A DNA stretch of 64,000 bases, from contig CAWANJ010000001.1 of the NCBI GenBank assembly GCA_963783385.1, positions 608,001 to 672,000 on the forward strand. The letters are read 5' to 3'. How positions within the stretch are numbered: position 1 is the first letter of the stretch; each line of letters opens with the position of its first letter. Under the pieces are notes generated by a model. That model saw only the letters and a list, made by a program, of their open reading frames with translations, ran no database searches and had not been told where the DNA came from. Below, piece after piece: positions 10,008 through 20,599 of the stretch. The stretch is from an uncultured Gemmatimonadales bacterium. Lineage in GTDB: Bacteria > Gemmatimonadota > Gemmatimonadetes > Palauibacterales > Palauibacteraceae. Both the position numbers and the translations under genes were made by a program.

Positions 10008-10892
10008 ATGCGCATAGCGTTCCTGGGGCTCGGCCGGATGGGACTGCCGATGGCGAGGAATCTCCTCGCCGCGGGACACGAGCTCGTCGTGTACAACCGT
10101 ACGCGCAGCCGCGCCGAGGCGCTGGAGTCGGAGGGAGCCCGGGTGGCCGGGTCTCCCGCGGAGGCGGCCGAGGACGCGGAGGTCCTGGTGACGATGCTGG
10201 CCGACGACGCGGCCGTCGAGCGCACGGTCCTGGGCGCGTCCGGCGCGCTGGCCACCCTCCCGGAGGGCGCCATCCACCTGTCGATGAGCACGATCAGCAC
10301 CGCCCTCTCCCGCCGGCTGGGCCGGGAGCACGCGGCCGCCGGGCAAGCCTACGTCGCCGCCCCGGTGTTCGGCCGGCCGGAGGCCGCCGCCTCCGCCGAG
10401 CTGTGGGTGCTCGCCGCGGGAGCGCCGGAGGCGATCGACCGCGCGCGGCCGGTGATGGAGGCCCTGGGCCAGGGCGTGATCGAGCTCGGCGAGGAGCCCG
10501 AGACGGCCAACCTCGTGAAGGTGGCGGGGAACTTCCTCCTCTCGTCGATGCTGGAGGGGATGGCCGAGGCGTTCGCCCTCGTCCGCAAAAACGGCGTGGA
10601 TCCCGAGCTCTTCCTTGACATCGTGAACGGCCGCCTCTTCCGGTCCCCCATCTACGAAGGCTACGGCGGGCTCATGGTTCGCGGCGGCTACGAGCCCGCC
10701 GGCTTCGCCCTCAAGCTGGGCCTCAAGGACACGCGGCTCGTCCTGGCCGCCGGCGACGAATCGGAGGTCCCGATGCCTGCCGCCAGCGTGGTCCGTGACC
10801 GGTACCTGACGGGGATGGCCCGCGGCCTCGGGGAGCTGGACTGGGCCGGCCTCGGTCGGATCGCGGCCGAGGACGCGGGGCTGGACGGCTAG
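10008..10892 (+). CDS. NAD(P)-dependent oxidoreductase, beta-hydroxyacid dehydrogenase family
   Basis: MRIAFLGLGRMG, YNRT, SMSTIS, APVFG, LGLKD; RBS GAGGAG. Confidence 0.9.
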   Translation: MRIAFLGLGRMGLPMARNLLAAGHELVVYNRTRSRAEALESEGARVAGSPAEAAEDAEVLVTMLADDAAVERTVLGASGALATLPEGAIHLSMSTISTALSRRLGREHAAAGQAYVAAPVFGRPEAAASAELWVLAAGAPEAIDRARPVMEALGQGVIELGEEPETANLVKVAGNFLLSSMLEGMAEAFALVRKNGVDPELFLDIVNGRLFRSPIYEGYGGLMVRGGYEPAGFALKLGLKDTRLVLAAGDESEVPMPAASVVRDRYLTGMARGLGELDWAGLGRIAAEDAGLDG

Positions 10893-10923
10893 GCCGGGGA
10901 ACGCCGCGAGTCGAGGGTGCCGC

Positions 10924-11856
10924 TCAGGGAGTGAAGAACGCTCCCATCGACGGCGCGTCGGCCGCGGCGGCGGGCCAGCGGTTCACCCCGAGGCTCTCGA
11001 GCACCAGCCGCAGCGTGCTCGCGTGCTGGAAGAAGGTGTCGGAGCGGTAGCCCCTCCGGGCCCGCGGACTCACCACCACCCACGGCACCCGTCCGCCTCC
11101 GTGGGCCGCATCGCTGTCGTGCGCCTCGTCGAAGGTGATGATCAACAGCCCGTCGGCCTGGAACGTCGGGCTCGCCAGGAGAGGCCCGATGTGATCCCGC
11201 AGCCACGCGTCCGCCACGGCCAGGGAGCAGTCGTGACCATCGTGGCACAGGTTCGGGACGATGTTGGCGAAATCCGGCAGCGATCCGGCGGCGAGGTCCT
11301 GCGCGAACCGGGTGAACGGGACCAGGTTGGCGCGCTGAACCGAGTCGTTCACGACATCCGACAGCAGCGCGAACACGTTGTGCTTGCGTGCGTATGCGCC
11401 CGTGTCCCCGCCCACGTAGCCGACGGAGGGGAGGTCTTCGGCGTACGACTTCCAGGTCCTGCCCGAGGCCACCAGGCGCCTGGCCACGTTGTCCACGTCC
11501 ACGACCGTGGCGTAGCCGTCGTCGTTGGTGACCACCTGCCCGGTGGCCAGCATGAAGTAGTTGCCGATCGACGGGTGCGTGTCGGCGAAGTACCGGGTGG
11601 CGAGGCCGAAGGAATCCGCCAGGCTGTTCAGGTAGGGCATGGCGGAGTCGCCGATCACATCCGTGTAACCGTGGTTCTCCTCGACCACCAGGATGACGTG
11701 ATCGAACCGGCCCGCGTCCGGCGGGGGGGCCGGGCCGATCGGCGTCGTGGCCCGACCGCACGCCGCGAGGGCCAACGCCAGCACTCCCGCCAACAGCGGG
11801 GGCCCCCGGCGCGGATGGCCCGTGCGCGACCCCGGGGTCCGGTCGATCGAAGCCAC
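10924..11856 (-). CDS. Phosphoesterase/acid phosphatase lipoprotein
   Basis: Lipobox LAAC; VVEENH, THPSIGNYF, YARKHN, HDGHD, ITFDE; start uncertain. Confidence 0.85.
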   Translation of the reverse strand: MASIDRTPGSRTGHPRRGPPLLAGVLALALAACGRATTPIGPAPPPDAGRFDHVILVVEENHGYTDVIGDSAMPYLNSLADSFGLATRYFADTHPSIGNYFMLATGQVVTNDDGYATVVDVDNVARRLVASGRTWKSYAEDLPSVGYVGGDTGAYARKHNVFALLSDVVNDSVQRANLVPFTRFAQDLAAGSLPDFANIVPNLCHDGHDCSLAVADAWLRDHIGPLLASPTFQADGLLIITFDEAHDSDAAHGGGRVPWVVVSPRARRGYRSDTFFQHASTLRLVLESLGVNRWPAAAADAPSMGAFFTP

Positions 11857-11887
11857 CGCAGCTCGCCGACTCGCCGAAGCCCGCGGT

Positions 11888-12511
11888 TCAGTCCGGGGTG
11901 GCCCCGCTGTGCAGGGCGCCGTGACCGGCTCCCGTCCCGCCGTGCGGCCCCGGTACGCGGACGCCGCCCATGCCGCGCGGGCCACCCGCGCCCATGACGT
12001 GCAGGAGCCGGATGCCGTAGAGGGCGTTGGACCGCTGGCCCGGCGTCAGGACGTCCAGGGCCTTCTGCGCGCGCCTCGCGACCTCCATGCGCCGGGCGAC
12101 CATGCTGTCCGCCTCCGCCCGGACGGCCTTCCCGTAGGCCGATAGGTCCAGCCGGTCCCCCTCGAGCGCCGCGGCGAGGCGGTCGTGGATCGCGGAGAGC
12201 CGGCCGCGGCGGGACTGTAGATCCCGCTCGGCCTCGGCATGGAGAGCCGCGAGCTTCTTCACCTGCGCGTCGTCCAGACCCAGCGCCTCACGCTGCCGCA
12301 GCAGCATGAGGGGCAGGTGGGCCAGCGGGTCGATCCCGACCATGCCAGCCATGCCGCCGGCGGACGGACCCTGCATGGGTCGCACCACCCTGGGAACGGG
12401 GTCCGTCCCCGGGTGGGGCGACTCCGGCGGCTCCTGGCCGCTCGTCCCGGCGGAGAGCCCCACCATCGCCACCGCGGCCACCACGGTCGCCACCCCGATC
12501 ATCCCGCGCAT
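11888..12511 (-). CDS. Spy/CpxP-like periplasmic helical protein
   Basis: Signal peptide, Met/Gly-rich N-terminus, LGLDDAQ and VLTPGQR (LTxxQ-like) motifs. Confidence 0.7.
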   Translation of the reverse strand: MRGMIGVATVVAAVAMVGLSAGTSGQEPPESPHPGTDPVPRVVRPMQGPSAGGMAGMVGIDPLAHLPLMLLRQREALGLDDAQVKKLAALHAEAERDLQSRRGRLSAIHDRLAAALEGDRLDLSAYGKAVRAEADSMVARRMEVARRAQKALDVLTPGQRSNALYGIRLLHVMGAGGPRGMGGVRVPGPHGGTGAGHGALHSGATPD

Positions 12512-12637
12512 GCTCGCCTCCCCTCGGATCCACGATCCATCCATGACGACGAAAGGCGGCCCACGGGAACCCCCGCGCGCCGCCTTCCGCCTTCCGCCGC
12601 TCGCCGCGTCAACCGCGGCGACCCCGCACGTTTCGCT

Positions 12638-12901
12638 CTACCAGCGGCTCCCGCCGCCGACCTCGCCGCCACTGGCGGCGCCGCCGGCCGGGGCGTCGAG
12701 ACGCACCACGTTCTGGGCCTTGGGCCCCTTCGGATCGTCGATGATGTCGAACTCCACGTTCTCGCCCTCGTCCAGGGTCTTGAAGCCCGAGCCCTGAATG
12801 GTGCTGTGGTGGACGAAGACGTCCTCACCGTTCTCTCGCTCAATGAAGCCGTACCCCTTCTCGTTGGAGAACCACTTCACCTTGCCCTTGGTGCGACTCA
12901 T
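12638..12901 (-). CDS. Cold-shock protein with Gly-rich tail
   Basis: [31 protein letters not shown]. Confidence 0.95.
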   Translation of the reverse strand: MSRTKGKVKWFSNEKGYGFIERENGEDVFVHHSTIQGSGFKTLDEGENVEFDIIDDPKGPKAQNVVRLDAPAGGAASGGEVGGGSRW

Positions 12902-13212
12902 GCTCTCATCCTCTCTTGTGTCGAATCACTTCGCGACGCCACGTGACGTCGCACGGTACGGCGAGCATCGAGACTCGCCACGAGCGCGGCCTGCGGCGTC
13001 CACGTCACGCCCGACCTGGAGACTCCGGAAAGAGCCGGTGGGGTGATGGGATGCGAAGGCAGGCGGCAAGCCGATCCGTCCGGTCCGGGAAGAGGTGTTC
13101 TTTCGCTCACGGGGTGCGGCGGAAAGGAGACTCCTCGTATGCGCAGGCGCTCGCTGAAAGGGCGCTCCGGGCAGGGTTCGTGTCGGCCGATACTGCCGGC
13201 GCTCGGCATTGG

Positions 13213-13241
13213 AGTATAGGCGTAACGGCGTATTCTGTCCA
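13213..13241 (-). promoter_or_regulatory. sigma70-type promoter of csp gene
   Basis: Minus strand TGGACA-N17-TATACT. Confidence 0.7.
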
Positions 13242-13305
13242 GTCCTTCCAAAAAGAGGAGTCGCGTCGCGGCGCGGAACGACCCCATCCAACCGCAGCAA
13301 TGTCT

Positions 13306-14724
13306 TCAGCTTCCGGCGTTGTCGTCCCGATAGACCCGGCCCGCCTTCATGACGAAGCGCACCTTCTCGAGCGCCGATATGTCGCTCGTGGGATCTCCCC
13401 GCACGGCCACCAGGTCCGCCTGAAGACCCGGGCGTACCTGCCCGATCGTGTCCTCGAGACCCAGAATGCGGGCGTCCACGGCGGTCGCCGCCAGCAGAGC
13501 TCGCGCCGGCGACATGCCGTCCCGGACCATCCACTCCAGCTCGCGGTAGCTCGTCCCGTGCGTGAACACGCCGACGTCGCTCCCGCACCCGATCGTGACC
13601 CCGGCCTCCATCGCCAGGCGGAAGGCTCGGGCCGCCTGGCGGATGTCCGCGCTGGGTGGACTGCCGGGCTTCCAGCCCTGGAAGTACTCCGCGTACGCCG
13701 CCTGCGCCGCCAGGGTGGGCAGGTAGGCGATCCCCCTCTCGGCCATGAGCTTGAAGACGTCCGCCGTCCCGCCGTACCCGTGCTCGATGGTGTTGACGCC
13801 GGCCTCCGCGGCCCGGCGCATGCCCGCCGCGGTGGTGGCGTGAGCGGAGATCCGGCGTCCGGCCGAATGGGCCTCCGCCACCGCGGTACGAAGCTCCTCC
13901 TCGTTCAGCGTCGGAACGGCCTCGCCTCCGGGACCCCGTCCGTAGTCCGCGTACACCTTGATCCAGTCGGCGCCGTGACCGGCCTGCTCCCGAACCGCGG
14001 CCAGCATCTGGTCAGGGCCGCTCACCTCCTGGGCCCCCTTGGGCGGATCGAAATCGTAGGCGAATCCCCGTGGTCCCGGCCCATAGCTGCCCGTGGCCAC
14101 GATGGCCCGGGTGGCCACCAGCAGCCGTGGACCGGGGATGAGGCCCTGGTTGATGGCGTCGCGCACGGAGAGGTCCGCGTAGCCGGCTCCCTCCGTGCCC
14201 AGGTCGCGCAGCGTGGTGAAGCCCATCATCAGGGTGTTGCGGGCGTGGAGCACGGCCTCGACCACCCGGTAGGGCCGCGGTTCCTTCAGGACCTGATCGT
14301 TCCAGAGCGTCTCGTCGTAGGGGTGGAGGAAGACATGCGAGTGCGCGTCGATGAGACCGGGGAGGAGGGTCGTGCCGGGCAGGTCGATGATCCGCGTGCC
14401 GCCGGGAGCACGCACCTGGCCGGCGGGACCGACCGCGGCGATCGAGTCGCCCTCGACCAGGACGACCCAACCGTCGTGCGCCGTCTCTCCCGTGGCATCG
14501 AACACGCGGTCGGGACGGAGGAGCACGGGTCCGCCGGGCGCCGGCGGCACCTCCGGCGCGTAACCCTCCCGCGCCGGAAGGGTGACGGCCGAGAGCCTCG
14601 ATCCCCCCTGCTGGGCCGCGGCGCCCACCGGCGCGCCAACCAGGACCGCCGCGCACAGGGCGGCTCCCGCCTGGAGCCACGTCCCGCGCCCCGCCCGGCA
14701 CCTCGAGTGTCGCTCCGCGTTCAT
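13306..14724 (-). CDS. Secreted metal-dependent amidohydrolase (Xaa-Pro dipeptidase-like)
   Basis: [37 protein letters not shown]. Confidence 0.9.
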   Translation of the reverse strand: MNAERHSRCRAGRGTWLQAGAALCAAVLVGAPVGAAAQQGGSRLSAVTLPAREGYAPEVPPAPGGPVLLRPDRVFDATGETAHDGWVVLVEGDSIAAVGPAGQVRAPGGTRIIDLPGTTLLPGLIDAHSHVFLHPYDETLWNDQVLKEPRPYRVVEAVLHARNTLMMGFTTLRDLGTEGAGYADLSVRDAINQGLIPGPRLLVATRAIVATGSYGPGPRGFAYDFDPPKGAQEVSGPDQMLAAVREQAGHGADWIKVYADYGRGPGGEAVPTLNEEELRTAVAEAHSAGRRISAHATTAAGMRRAAEAGVNTIEHGYGGTADVFKLMAERGIAYLPTLAAQAAYAEYFQGWKPGSPPSADIRQAARAFRLAMEAGVTIGCGSDVGVFTHGTSYRELEWMVRDGMSPARALLAATAVDARILGLEDTIGQVRPGLQADLVAVRGDPTSDISALEKVRFVMKAGRVYRDDNAGS

Positions 14725-14768
14725 CTCGCTCCTCCCTCCCCGTCTCGCGTCATCCTCCCGGGTGGCCC

Positions 14769-16779
14769 CTACCACGGGTCCCCCGGGCTCTCCGCTTCCC
14801 CGACGTCCCGTCCGGTCCGGCGATGGTACGCGAACGCCGTCGCCAGCGCGATGAGAGCCAGGAGGAGGAACGAACCCACGCGATACAGGGCCCGCAGAGC
14901 CGTGAGGTCGTAGAACACCACCTTGAGAAGCGCCAGACCGGAGACGGCGAGCCCCGCGATCCTCACGGGACGGCGGTCCCGCCAGAACCCCCAGGTGAGC
15001 AGTCCCCCCGCGTAGCACAGCCAGAACACGCTGACCGCCAGCGCCCGCGCCAGGGTTCCGCTCGAGGGGGGGAACACCCGGAGGACCTCAATGGTGCCGC
15101 CGGCCAGTCCCAGCAGCAGGGCCACGGCCCGAACCGCCGACCGGAAGCCATCCGGGGCCCGCCCCGACCCGCCAAGGAAGCGTGGCATCCGGACGAGACC
15201 GGGCGGTCGGCCCGTTCCGCTCGCCTCCGAGCCCGCCAGGGGGCCGCCGAGGAGCACGAGGCAGGCGAGAATCAGGTACAGGGACCACGCCCAGGGTCCG
15301 CCCAGCGCCGTGATCGCCGCGTCCCCGATCGGCCGTGCGTACAGGTCCAGAGACAGGAGCCGCAGGGCCGCCACGACCTCCAGGGCGGGCCCCACCCAGC
15401 GCGCCGACGCGAGCGAGCGCGGCCGGGTCAGCAGGCCCGAGGCCAGGCCCAGGAGTGCCAGCGCGCAGGTGGCGACCAGTCCCGTGAGCTCCCCGGCCGC
15501 CGCCCAGGCCGCGATGGCCATGCCGACCGCGTGAGCCGCCGTGTTCCTGCGGGCGATCCCCCCTGCCAGGTAGGGCAGCGCCGGCAGGACCAGCGTCAGC
15601 GCCGGGTGTGCAGCCAGGCCCGCCGGGGCCGCCGCCTGCGCCGCGAGGGCCCAGCCCAGCCCCCCGGCCACCAGCCACGGCCAGGCCGGCGCCTCGCCAC
15701 GCGCCGCCGGCCGGGCCGGGACAGCGCTCCGCCGCGATGGACGCCGAAGCCCCAGGCGCCACGCCGGCAGCGCCATGATCGGGAAGCAAGCGTACAGGCC
15801 CCAGGCGGCGGACGTCCCCTGGACCCGGAGGGCGGCAGCCACCAGGAGTGTCCAGGAGGCCGCGACGACGAACCCCCGCAGGCCCGGCCAGCCCCGCACC
15901 CTGGCCGCCATGGACGCCAGTGCCCCACCGCCGGCGAACGCCAGGCCCAGGAGCCACGGGTGGGCGGCATCGAGGGCATAGGCGCCCAGGAGCAGGTAGG
16001 CGCCCAGGGCCGCCACCCCGAACGCCGCCCGCCAGCCTCGCAGCGCCGCCACCGTACCGGTGCCGAACGCCACGAACACGGCGTAGACGACGAGCAGGTT
16101 GGCCGCCCCGGCCGCGTCGGGCAGGAGGAGGGGGGCCAGGTAGGCGCCCGCGCCCGCCAGCGCGGCGAGGACGTGCTCGTCCAGGCGCGCAGCCCGCATG
16201 AGCATGACCATGGCCACCAGGCCCAGGAGGAGGATCCCGGACCACGGCGGCACGATCCGGTGCGGGCCGGCGGCCGCCCACACGGCCAGGTACGCCACCG
16301 CGCCCCCGCCTCCCACCAGCGCGGCACCGTAGTGCCGCATGCCGCGACCGACCAGCCGCTCTCCCTGCCACCACAGCACCCCACCCACCGCGAGCCCGGC
16401 CAGGATCCGGAACAGGGGGGAGATCCAGCCACGCTCGAACGCGTACTGCAGCAGGAAGGCGGCCGAGACCACCAGGGCCAGGAGCCCGATGACGAGCAGA
16501 CCGCGCTGCCCCAGCCACTGCTCCACGTCGGGGCCGGGCCCCGGACGCCCGGCCGCGAGCCCCTGCGGGGCGGCCTCGCCGCCGAGCGGCGTGGCTTCCC
16601 CCGCGGGCTCGGGGGACGTCGGCCGCTCCTCCTCGCCGGCGGCCCGGGACCGGTGCGCCGCTTCCTCGGGCGTCAGCCCTCCCAGGCGGATGAGCATGGC
16701 CCGGCGGAGCTGGCCGATCTCCTCCTCGAGAGACGCCATGCGGCGCTCGAGCCGGTCGAATGCGAGGGTCGTCGGTCAC
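14769..16779 (-). CDS. DUF2339-type membrane protein (apparent 1-nt frameshift near 5' end)
   Basis: [33 protein letters not shown]...YRVGSF; deleting one A at 16759-16760 joins GTG 16779 to give [20 protein letters not shown]. Confidence 0.8.
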
Positions 16780-17876
16780 CGCAGCGTCCACAGCGCGGCG
16801 TGGGCCCGCACGCCGCCGGCGGCACCGTCCGACTGGCTCACGCCCACGACGAGCCCGCTCTCGTCGAGTCCGTAGGCCTGGCTCTGATCGCCGCCCAGCG
16901 TGCCGAGGTCGGTCGGGCGCCCGTCACGCCACAGCACGGCGTGGAACGTCGGCGGCCGGCCCGGGGACGCACCGAGATCCGCCGTGCCCGCCACCGTTCC
17001 GGCGGCGCCGATCGCCCGGGCGTGGCTGTCCGGTCCGCCCAGCGTGCCGAGGTCCCGCATACCGCGCCCGGCCTCCCACCCGAAGGCGTGCTCCGAACCC
17101 GGCTCCAGGCCGGCGGTCCGGACCGCACTGGTCCCGGCCACCTGGCCCCGGTCGTTGATCCCGTACGCCCGGCTCTGTCGGCCGCCGAGAGTGCCCAGGT
17201 CCCGCATGCCGCCCCGCACCTCCCACAGGAAGGCGTGCTCGGCGCCGCTCACCAGCCGTCCCCGTCGGACGGGCGTCACGTCGCTCGAGCCCACCACCTG
17301 GCCGCGGTCGTTGATCCCGTACGCCCGGCTCCGGGTCCCCCCCAGCGTGCCGAGGTCCTGGATGCGGCCCGCCCGCCACAGCACGGCGTGCGCGCCGATG
17401 GCGTGCAGCCGACCCGGCTCGACGTCGCTCTCGCCCACGACCTCCCCGCGCTCGTTGATCGCGTAGGCCCGGCTGTCTCGCCCCCCGAGCGTTCCCAGGT
17501 CCCGCATGCGCCCATCCTCCCAGAGGAAGGCGTGCACAGCGATGGGACCCTCCCGCGGCAGGGCCGTGGTGCTGGCACCCACGACCTGGCCCCGGTCGTT
17601 GATCGCGTAGGCCCAGCTCTGCCGACCGCCCAGCGTGCCCAGGTCCCGCATGCCCCGGCCCGCCTCCCACAGGAAGGCGTGCAGGTCACCCGAGGCCGTG
17701 GCGCTGGTGCCCACGACCTCCCCACGACCGTTGACGCCGGCGGCCTGGCTGGTGGCGCCGCCCAGCGTCCCCAGGTCCGTGACCGCGGCGCCCCGGGGCG
17801 CCGCACCCCGTGGCGGGGCCGCCGCGACCACCAGGAGGAGGGTGGCGAGAGCGGGCGGTCCGCCCCGAGCGATCAC
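16776..17876 (-). CDS. Secreted HAF-repeat protein (7 repeats, probable beta-propeller)
   Basis: Seven DLGTLGG..S.A..IN.RG.VVG units separated by HAFLW-like motifs; signal peptide; GTG overlaps ggt stop. Confidence 0.9.
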   Translation of the reverse strand: MIARGGPPALATLLLVVAAAPPRGAAPRGAAVTDLGTLGGATSQAAGVNGRGEVVGTSATASGDLHAFLWEAGRGMRDLGTLGGRQSWAYAINDRGQVVGASTTALPREGPIAVHAFLWEDGRMRDLGTLGGRDSRAYAINERGEVVGESDVEPGRLHAIGAHAVLWRAGRIQDLGTLGGTRSRAYGINDRGQVVGSSDVTPVRRGRLVSGAEHAFLWEVRGGMRDLGTLGGRQSRAYGINDRGQVAGTSAVRTAGLEPGSEHAFGWEAGRGMRDLGTLGGPDSHARAIGAAGTVAGTADLGASPGRPPTFHAVLWRDGRPTDLGTLGGDQSQAYGLDESGLVVGVSQSDGAAGGVRAHAALWTLR

Positions 17877-19897
17877 CACGCGATGCCGTAGTCCTCGCCG
17901 TAGTCGCTGGCCGCGCCCCAGAAGGTGCCGTGCTCCCAGTCGACGAAGATGGCGGTAATGGGTCCGGAAGTGCGGTCCCGGAAGTCCTCGGTGTAGCCCA
18001 TCTGCCGGAGCTTCCAGCGCACCCACGGGGGCGTGTCCGCGTTGAGCGTGATGTGGCCGGGCCTGGAGCCGTGGTCGCCGAACGAGCTCCGCATCTGGTA
18101 GCTGTTGAAGTTGGGTGCCTCGGCCGCCTGCTGGACGTTGAACCCGAAGTCGACCACGTCCAGGAAGAACTGCAGGAGGTTCTGGTCCTGCGTGTCGCCT
18201 CCCTGTACGGCCATGGCCAGGTAGGGCTTTCCGTCCTTGAGGGCGAGGGTCGGCGTGAGCGTGGCGCGCGGCCGCTGGCCCGGCTGGACGACGTTGTACG
18301 GGTCCTCGGCCGAGTCCAGCACGAAGCTCTGCATGCGCTCGCTGAGGCCGACGCCCGTGTGGCCGGCGACGACGGCGGGGATCCACCCGCCGCTGGGCGT
18401 CACGGAGATGACCCACCCGTGCGGCCCCGCCGCCTCGATGGAGGTGGTGCCGCGGGTGAACGACTCCAGGAAGGCGCTGTCCACCGGCGCCCGGTTCGCC
18501 ATGGCCAGGCGCGCCGCCTCGGAGGGCGACGAGGAGCTCTGCTCAGCCGGGGCCGGGCCGGTAGTGTGCCAGCGGGCCAGGTAGTCCAGGAAGGGGTTCG
18601 TCCCCTGCTGGTACTCGTACGGGTTCCCCGGCTTCACGTCCGGGTCGTTGTGGTCCGGGTCGATGAGCTTCGCCCGGGCCGCCGCGTAGTCCCTGGACAG
18701 GAGCCCCTGGATGGGCTCGGCCGGCGGCACGTATGGGTCGCCGTAGTAGAAGTCCCGGTCCGCGTAGGCCAGGTTCATGGCCTGGTAGATGGTGTGGATG
18801 TAGCGGGCGCTGTTCAGCCCCATGTCCTCCAGGTCGAAGTGCTCGAGGATGTTGAGGACCTGCAGCATGACGGGGCCCTGGACCCAGCTCGTCAGCTTGT
18901 AGACGTCGATGCCCTTGTAGGTGGCGTGGACGGGCTCCTCGATGTGGACCTTCCAGTTCGCCAGGTCCTGCGTGGTGATCAGCCCGCCCTGCTCCTGGAC
19001 CGAGCGCGCCAGCTCCCTGGCGATGTCGCCCCGGTAGAAGCGGTCGTAGGCCGCGTAGATGGCCTCCTTGCGGGTCTTGCCCTGCTTCAGGGCCTCCTGC
19101 TCGGCGTCGACCAGTTCGTGCAACGTCCTGGCCAGGTCGGGCTGCCGGAACACCTCGCCCGCGTGCGGGGCCTCGCGCGCTTCGCCCGGGTGTGTGAGAA
19201 AGAGCGCCCGCGAGTACTTCCACTTCTCGATCATGTCCTTGTAGTGCTCGATGGAGTTGGCCGTCTGGGCCTCCATCGCGTACCCGTTCTCGGCCATCTC
19301 GATGGCCGGGGCGAGGACCTGCTTCAGGCTCATGGTGCCGTACTCAGCCAGCATGGTCATGAGCCCGCCGGGCGTGCCGGGCGTCACGGCGGCCAGCGGC
19401 CCGTAGGCGGGCGGGTACTTCAGCCCCTTCTTCTTGAAGAAATCGGCCGTCGCGCCCGTGGGAGCCACGCCGAGCGCGTTGATGCCGATCACCTTCTTCG
19501 TGTTCGGATCGTAGATGAGGGCCTGCGTCTCCCCGCCCCAGGACAGCACGTCCCACATGGTGGCCCCGGCCGCCAGCATGGCGCACGCGGCGTCCACCGC
19601 GTTGCCCCCCTCCTGGAAGATCTGCGCGCCCGCCTCGGCCGACAGCGGCTTCCCGGTGATCGCCACCCAGTGCTTGCCGTGCAGCACGGGCTTGTGGGTC
19701 ACCTGCGCCGCCACCGGCCGCACCGAGGTCGCCAGCAGCCCGGCGAGGAGGACGAGGCAGGCGACTCGAACCCGCGGACCACGCGCCCCCGAACCTCCAT
19801 CGGGTCGGCCGTCCCGCCGGTCGTGCGCACCCACGTCGGAGGCCTCGAGGGCCGTGACCCGGTCCCTGTGCGGGTGTACGTCGTGTCTCGCCATCAT
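17873..19897 (-). CDS. ggt: Gamma-glutamyltransferase family protein (exported)
   Basis: GGNAVDAA, VTPGTPGG, LAYADRDFYYGDP, nucleophile segment GTTS, RPRATLTP, QGGDTQDQ. Confidence 0.9.
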   Translation of the reverse strand: MMARHDVHPHRDRVTALEASDVGAHDRRDGRPDGGSGARGPRVRVACLVLLAGLLATSVRPVAAQVTHKPVLHGKHWVAITGKPLSAEAGAQIFQEGGNAVDAACAMLAAGATMWDVLSWGGETQALIYDPNTKKVIGINALGVAPTGATADFFKKKGLKYPPAYGPLAAVTPGTPGGLMTMLAEYGTMSLKQVLAPAIEMAENGYAMEAQTANSIEHYKDMIEKWKYSRALFLTHPGEAREAPHAGEVFRQPDLARTLHELVDAEQEALKQGKTRKEAIYAAYDRFYRGDIARELARSVQEQGGLITTQDLANWKVHIEEPVHATYKGIDVYKLTSWVQGPVMLQVLNILEHFDLEDMGLNSARYIHTIYQAMNLAYADRDFYYGDPYVPPAEPIQGLLSRDYAAARAKLIDPDHNDPDVKPGNPYEYQQGTNPFLDYLARWHTTGPAPAEQSSSSPSEAARLAMANRAPVDSAFLESFTRGTTSIEAAGPHGWVISVTPSGGWIPAVVAGHTGVGLSERMQSFVLDSAEDPYNVVQPGQRPRATLTPTLALKDGKPYLAMAVQGGDTQDQNLLQFFLDVVDFGFNVQQAAEAPNFNSYQMRSSFGDHGSRPGHITLNADTPPWVRWKLRQMGYTEDFRDRTSGPITAIFVDWEHGTFWGAASDYGEDYGIAW

Positions 19898-19921
19898 CTC
19901 CTCGCTTGCTGTGGCCGCGCG

Positions 19922-20449
19922 TCAGTCGCCGGAGGGCGAGTCCCGGGGCGGCAGCACGACCAGCTGACCGTACATGAATGGAGCGTGCGACGGAATGTCG
20001 CACACGAACCTGAACAGTCCCACACGGGACGCCACCACCGTGTCGATCACGGTGGACTGGCCGGGCAGATCGAGGGCGGCGTGCCCGTCCAGCGCGAAGG
20101 TGTGAAGGTCGTCCTCCGGGTTCACCAGCACCAGGCGGAGCGTGTCCCCACGGTACGCCACCAGGACGGACGGCTGGAAGGCGTAGATCTCCTTGCCTTC
20201 CAGGACCCCGCCCCCGCCGAAGTCCTTCTTCAGGAACGGATACAGGTCCTGCTGCTCCTTGATGAGGAGCGGCACGGCCGTCACGGTGAAGCTCCGCAGG
20301 CGGGGTCGGTAGGCGTCGCGTCCCGAGGCCTCACGGCCACCGGCGCCGGGCCCGCAGGCCGCGGCTCCGAGGAGCGCGAGGGCGCCCGCGACGAGGCGGA
20401 ATCCGCCGCCTGCGCGGCGTGAGCCCGCGTGCCTCCGCTCGACCTCCAT
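19922..20449 (-). CDS. Cupredoxin-domain lipoprotein
   Basis: Lipobox AAAC; type-1 Cu ligand pattern H(TF)...CDIPSHAPFM. Confidence 0.8.
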   Translation of the reverse strand: MEVERRHAGSRRAGGGFRLVAGALALLGAAACGPGAGGREASGRDAYRPRLRSFTVTAVPLLIKEQQDLYPFLKKDFGGGGVLEGKEIYAFQPSVLVAYRGDTLRLVLVNPEDDLHTFALDGHAALDLPGQSTVIDTVVASRVGLFRFVCDIPSHAPFMYGQLVVLPPRDSPSGD

Positions 20450-20533
20450 GCGGCCTCCCCCGGGGGTGGTGAGCCGTCGCCCCTCCTCGGCGCCCGGCAT
20501 GCCCAGCCTAGAGGACGCCGCGGGGCCCGGCAA

Positions 20534-20549
20534 CGGCACGCCCCCTGCT
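20534..20549 (+). promoter_or_regulatory. Putative sigma54 promoter
   Basis: CGGCACG-CCCC-CTGCT (GG-N10-GC) about 50 bp before ATG 20600. Confidence 0.55.
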
Positions 20550-20599
20550 GGAAGGGGCACCGCGGCTTCTCGCTCTCACATCGCGCACGGAGGAGACCG

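Noticed and set aside
6884-10618. Very long alternative-frame ORFs (e.g. 1244 aa here; also 14823-17891, 28201-31293, 47243-50476)
   Set aside because: Shadow ORFs of real genes, expected in high-GC DNA; no recognisable domains
16790-17790. Regularly spaced DNA repeats resembling a CRISPR array
   Set aside because: Degenerate in-frame HAF protein repeats; no cas genes
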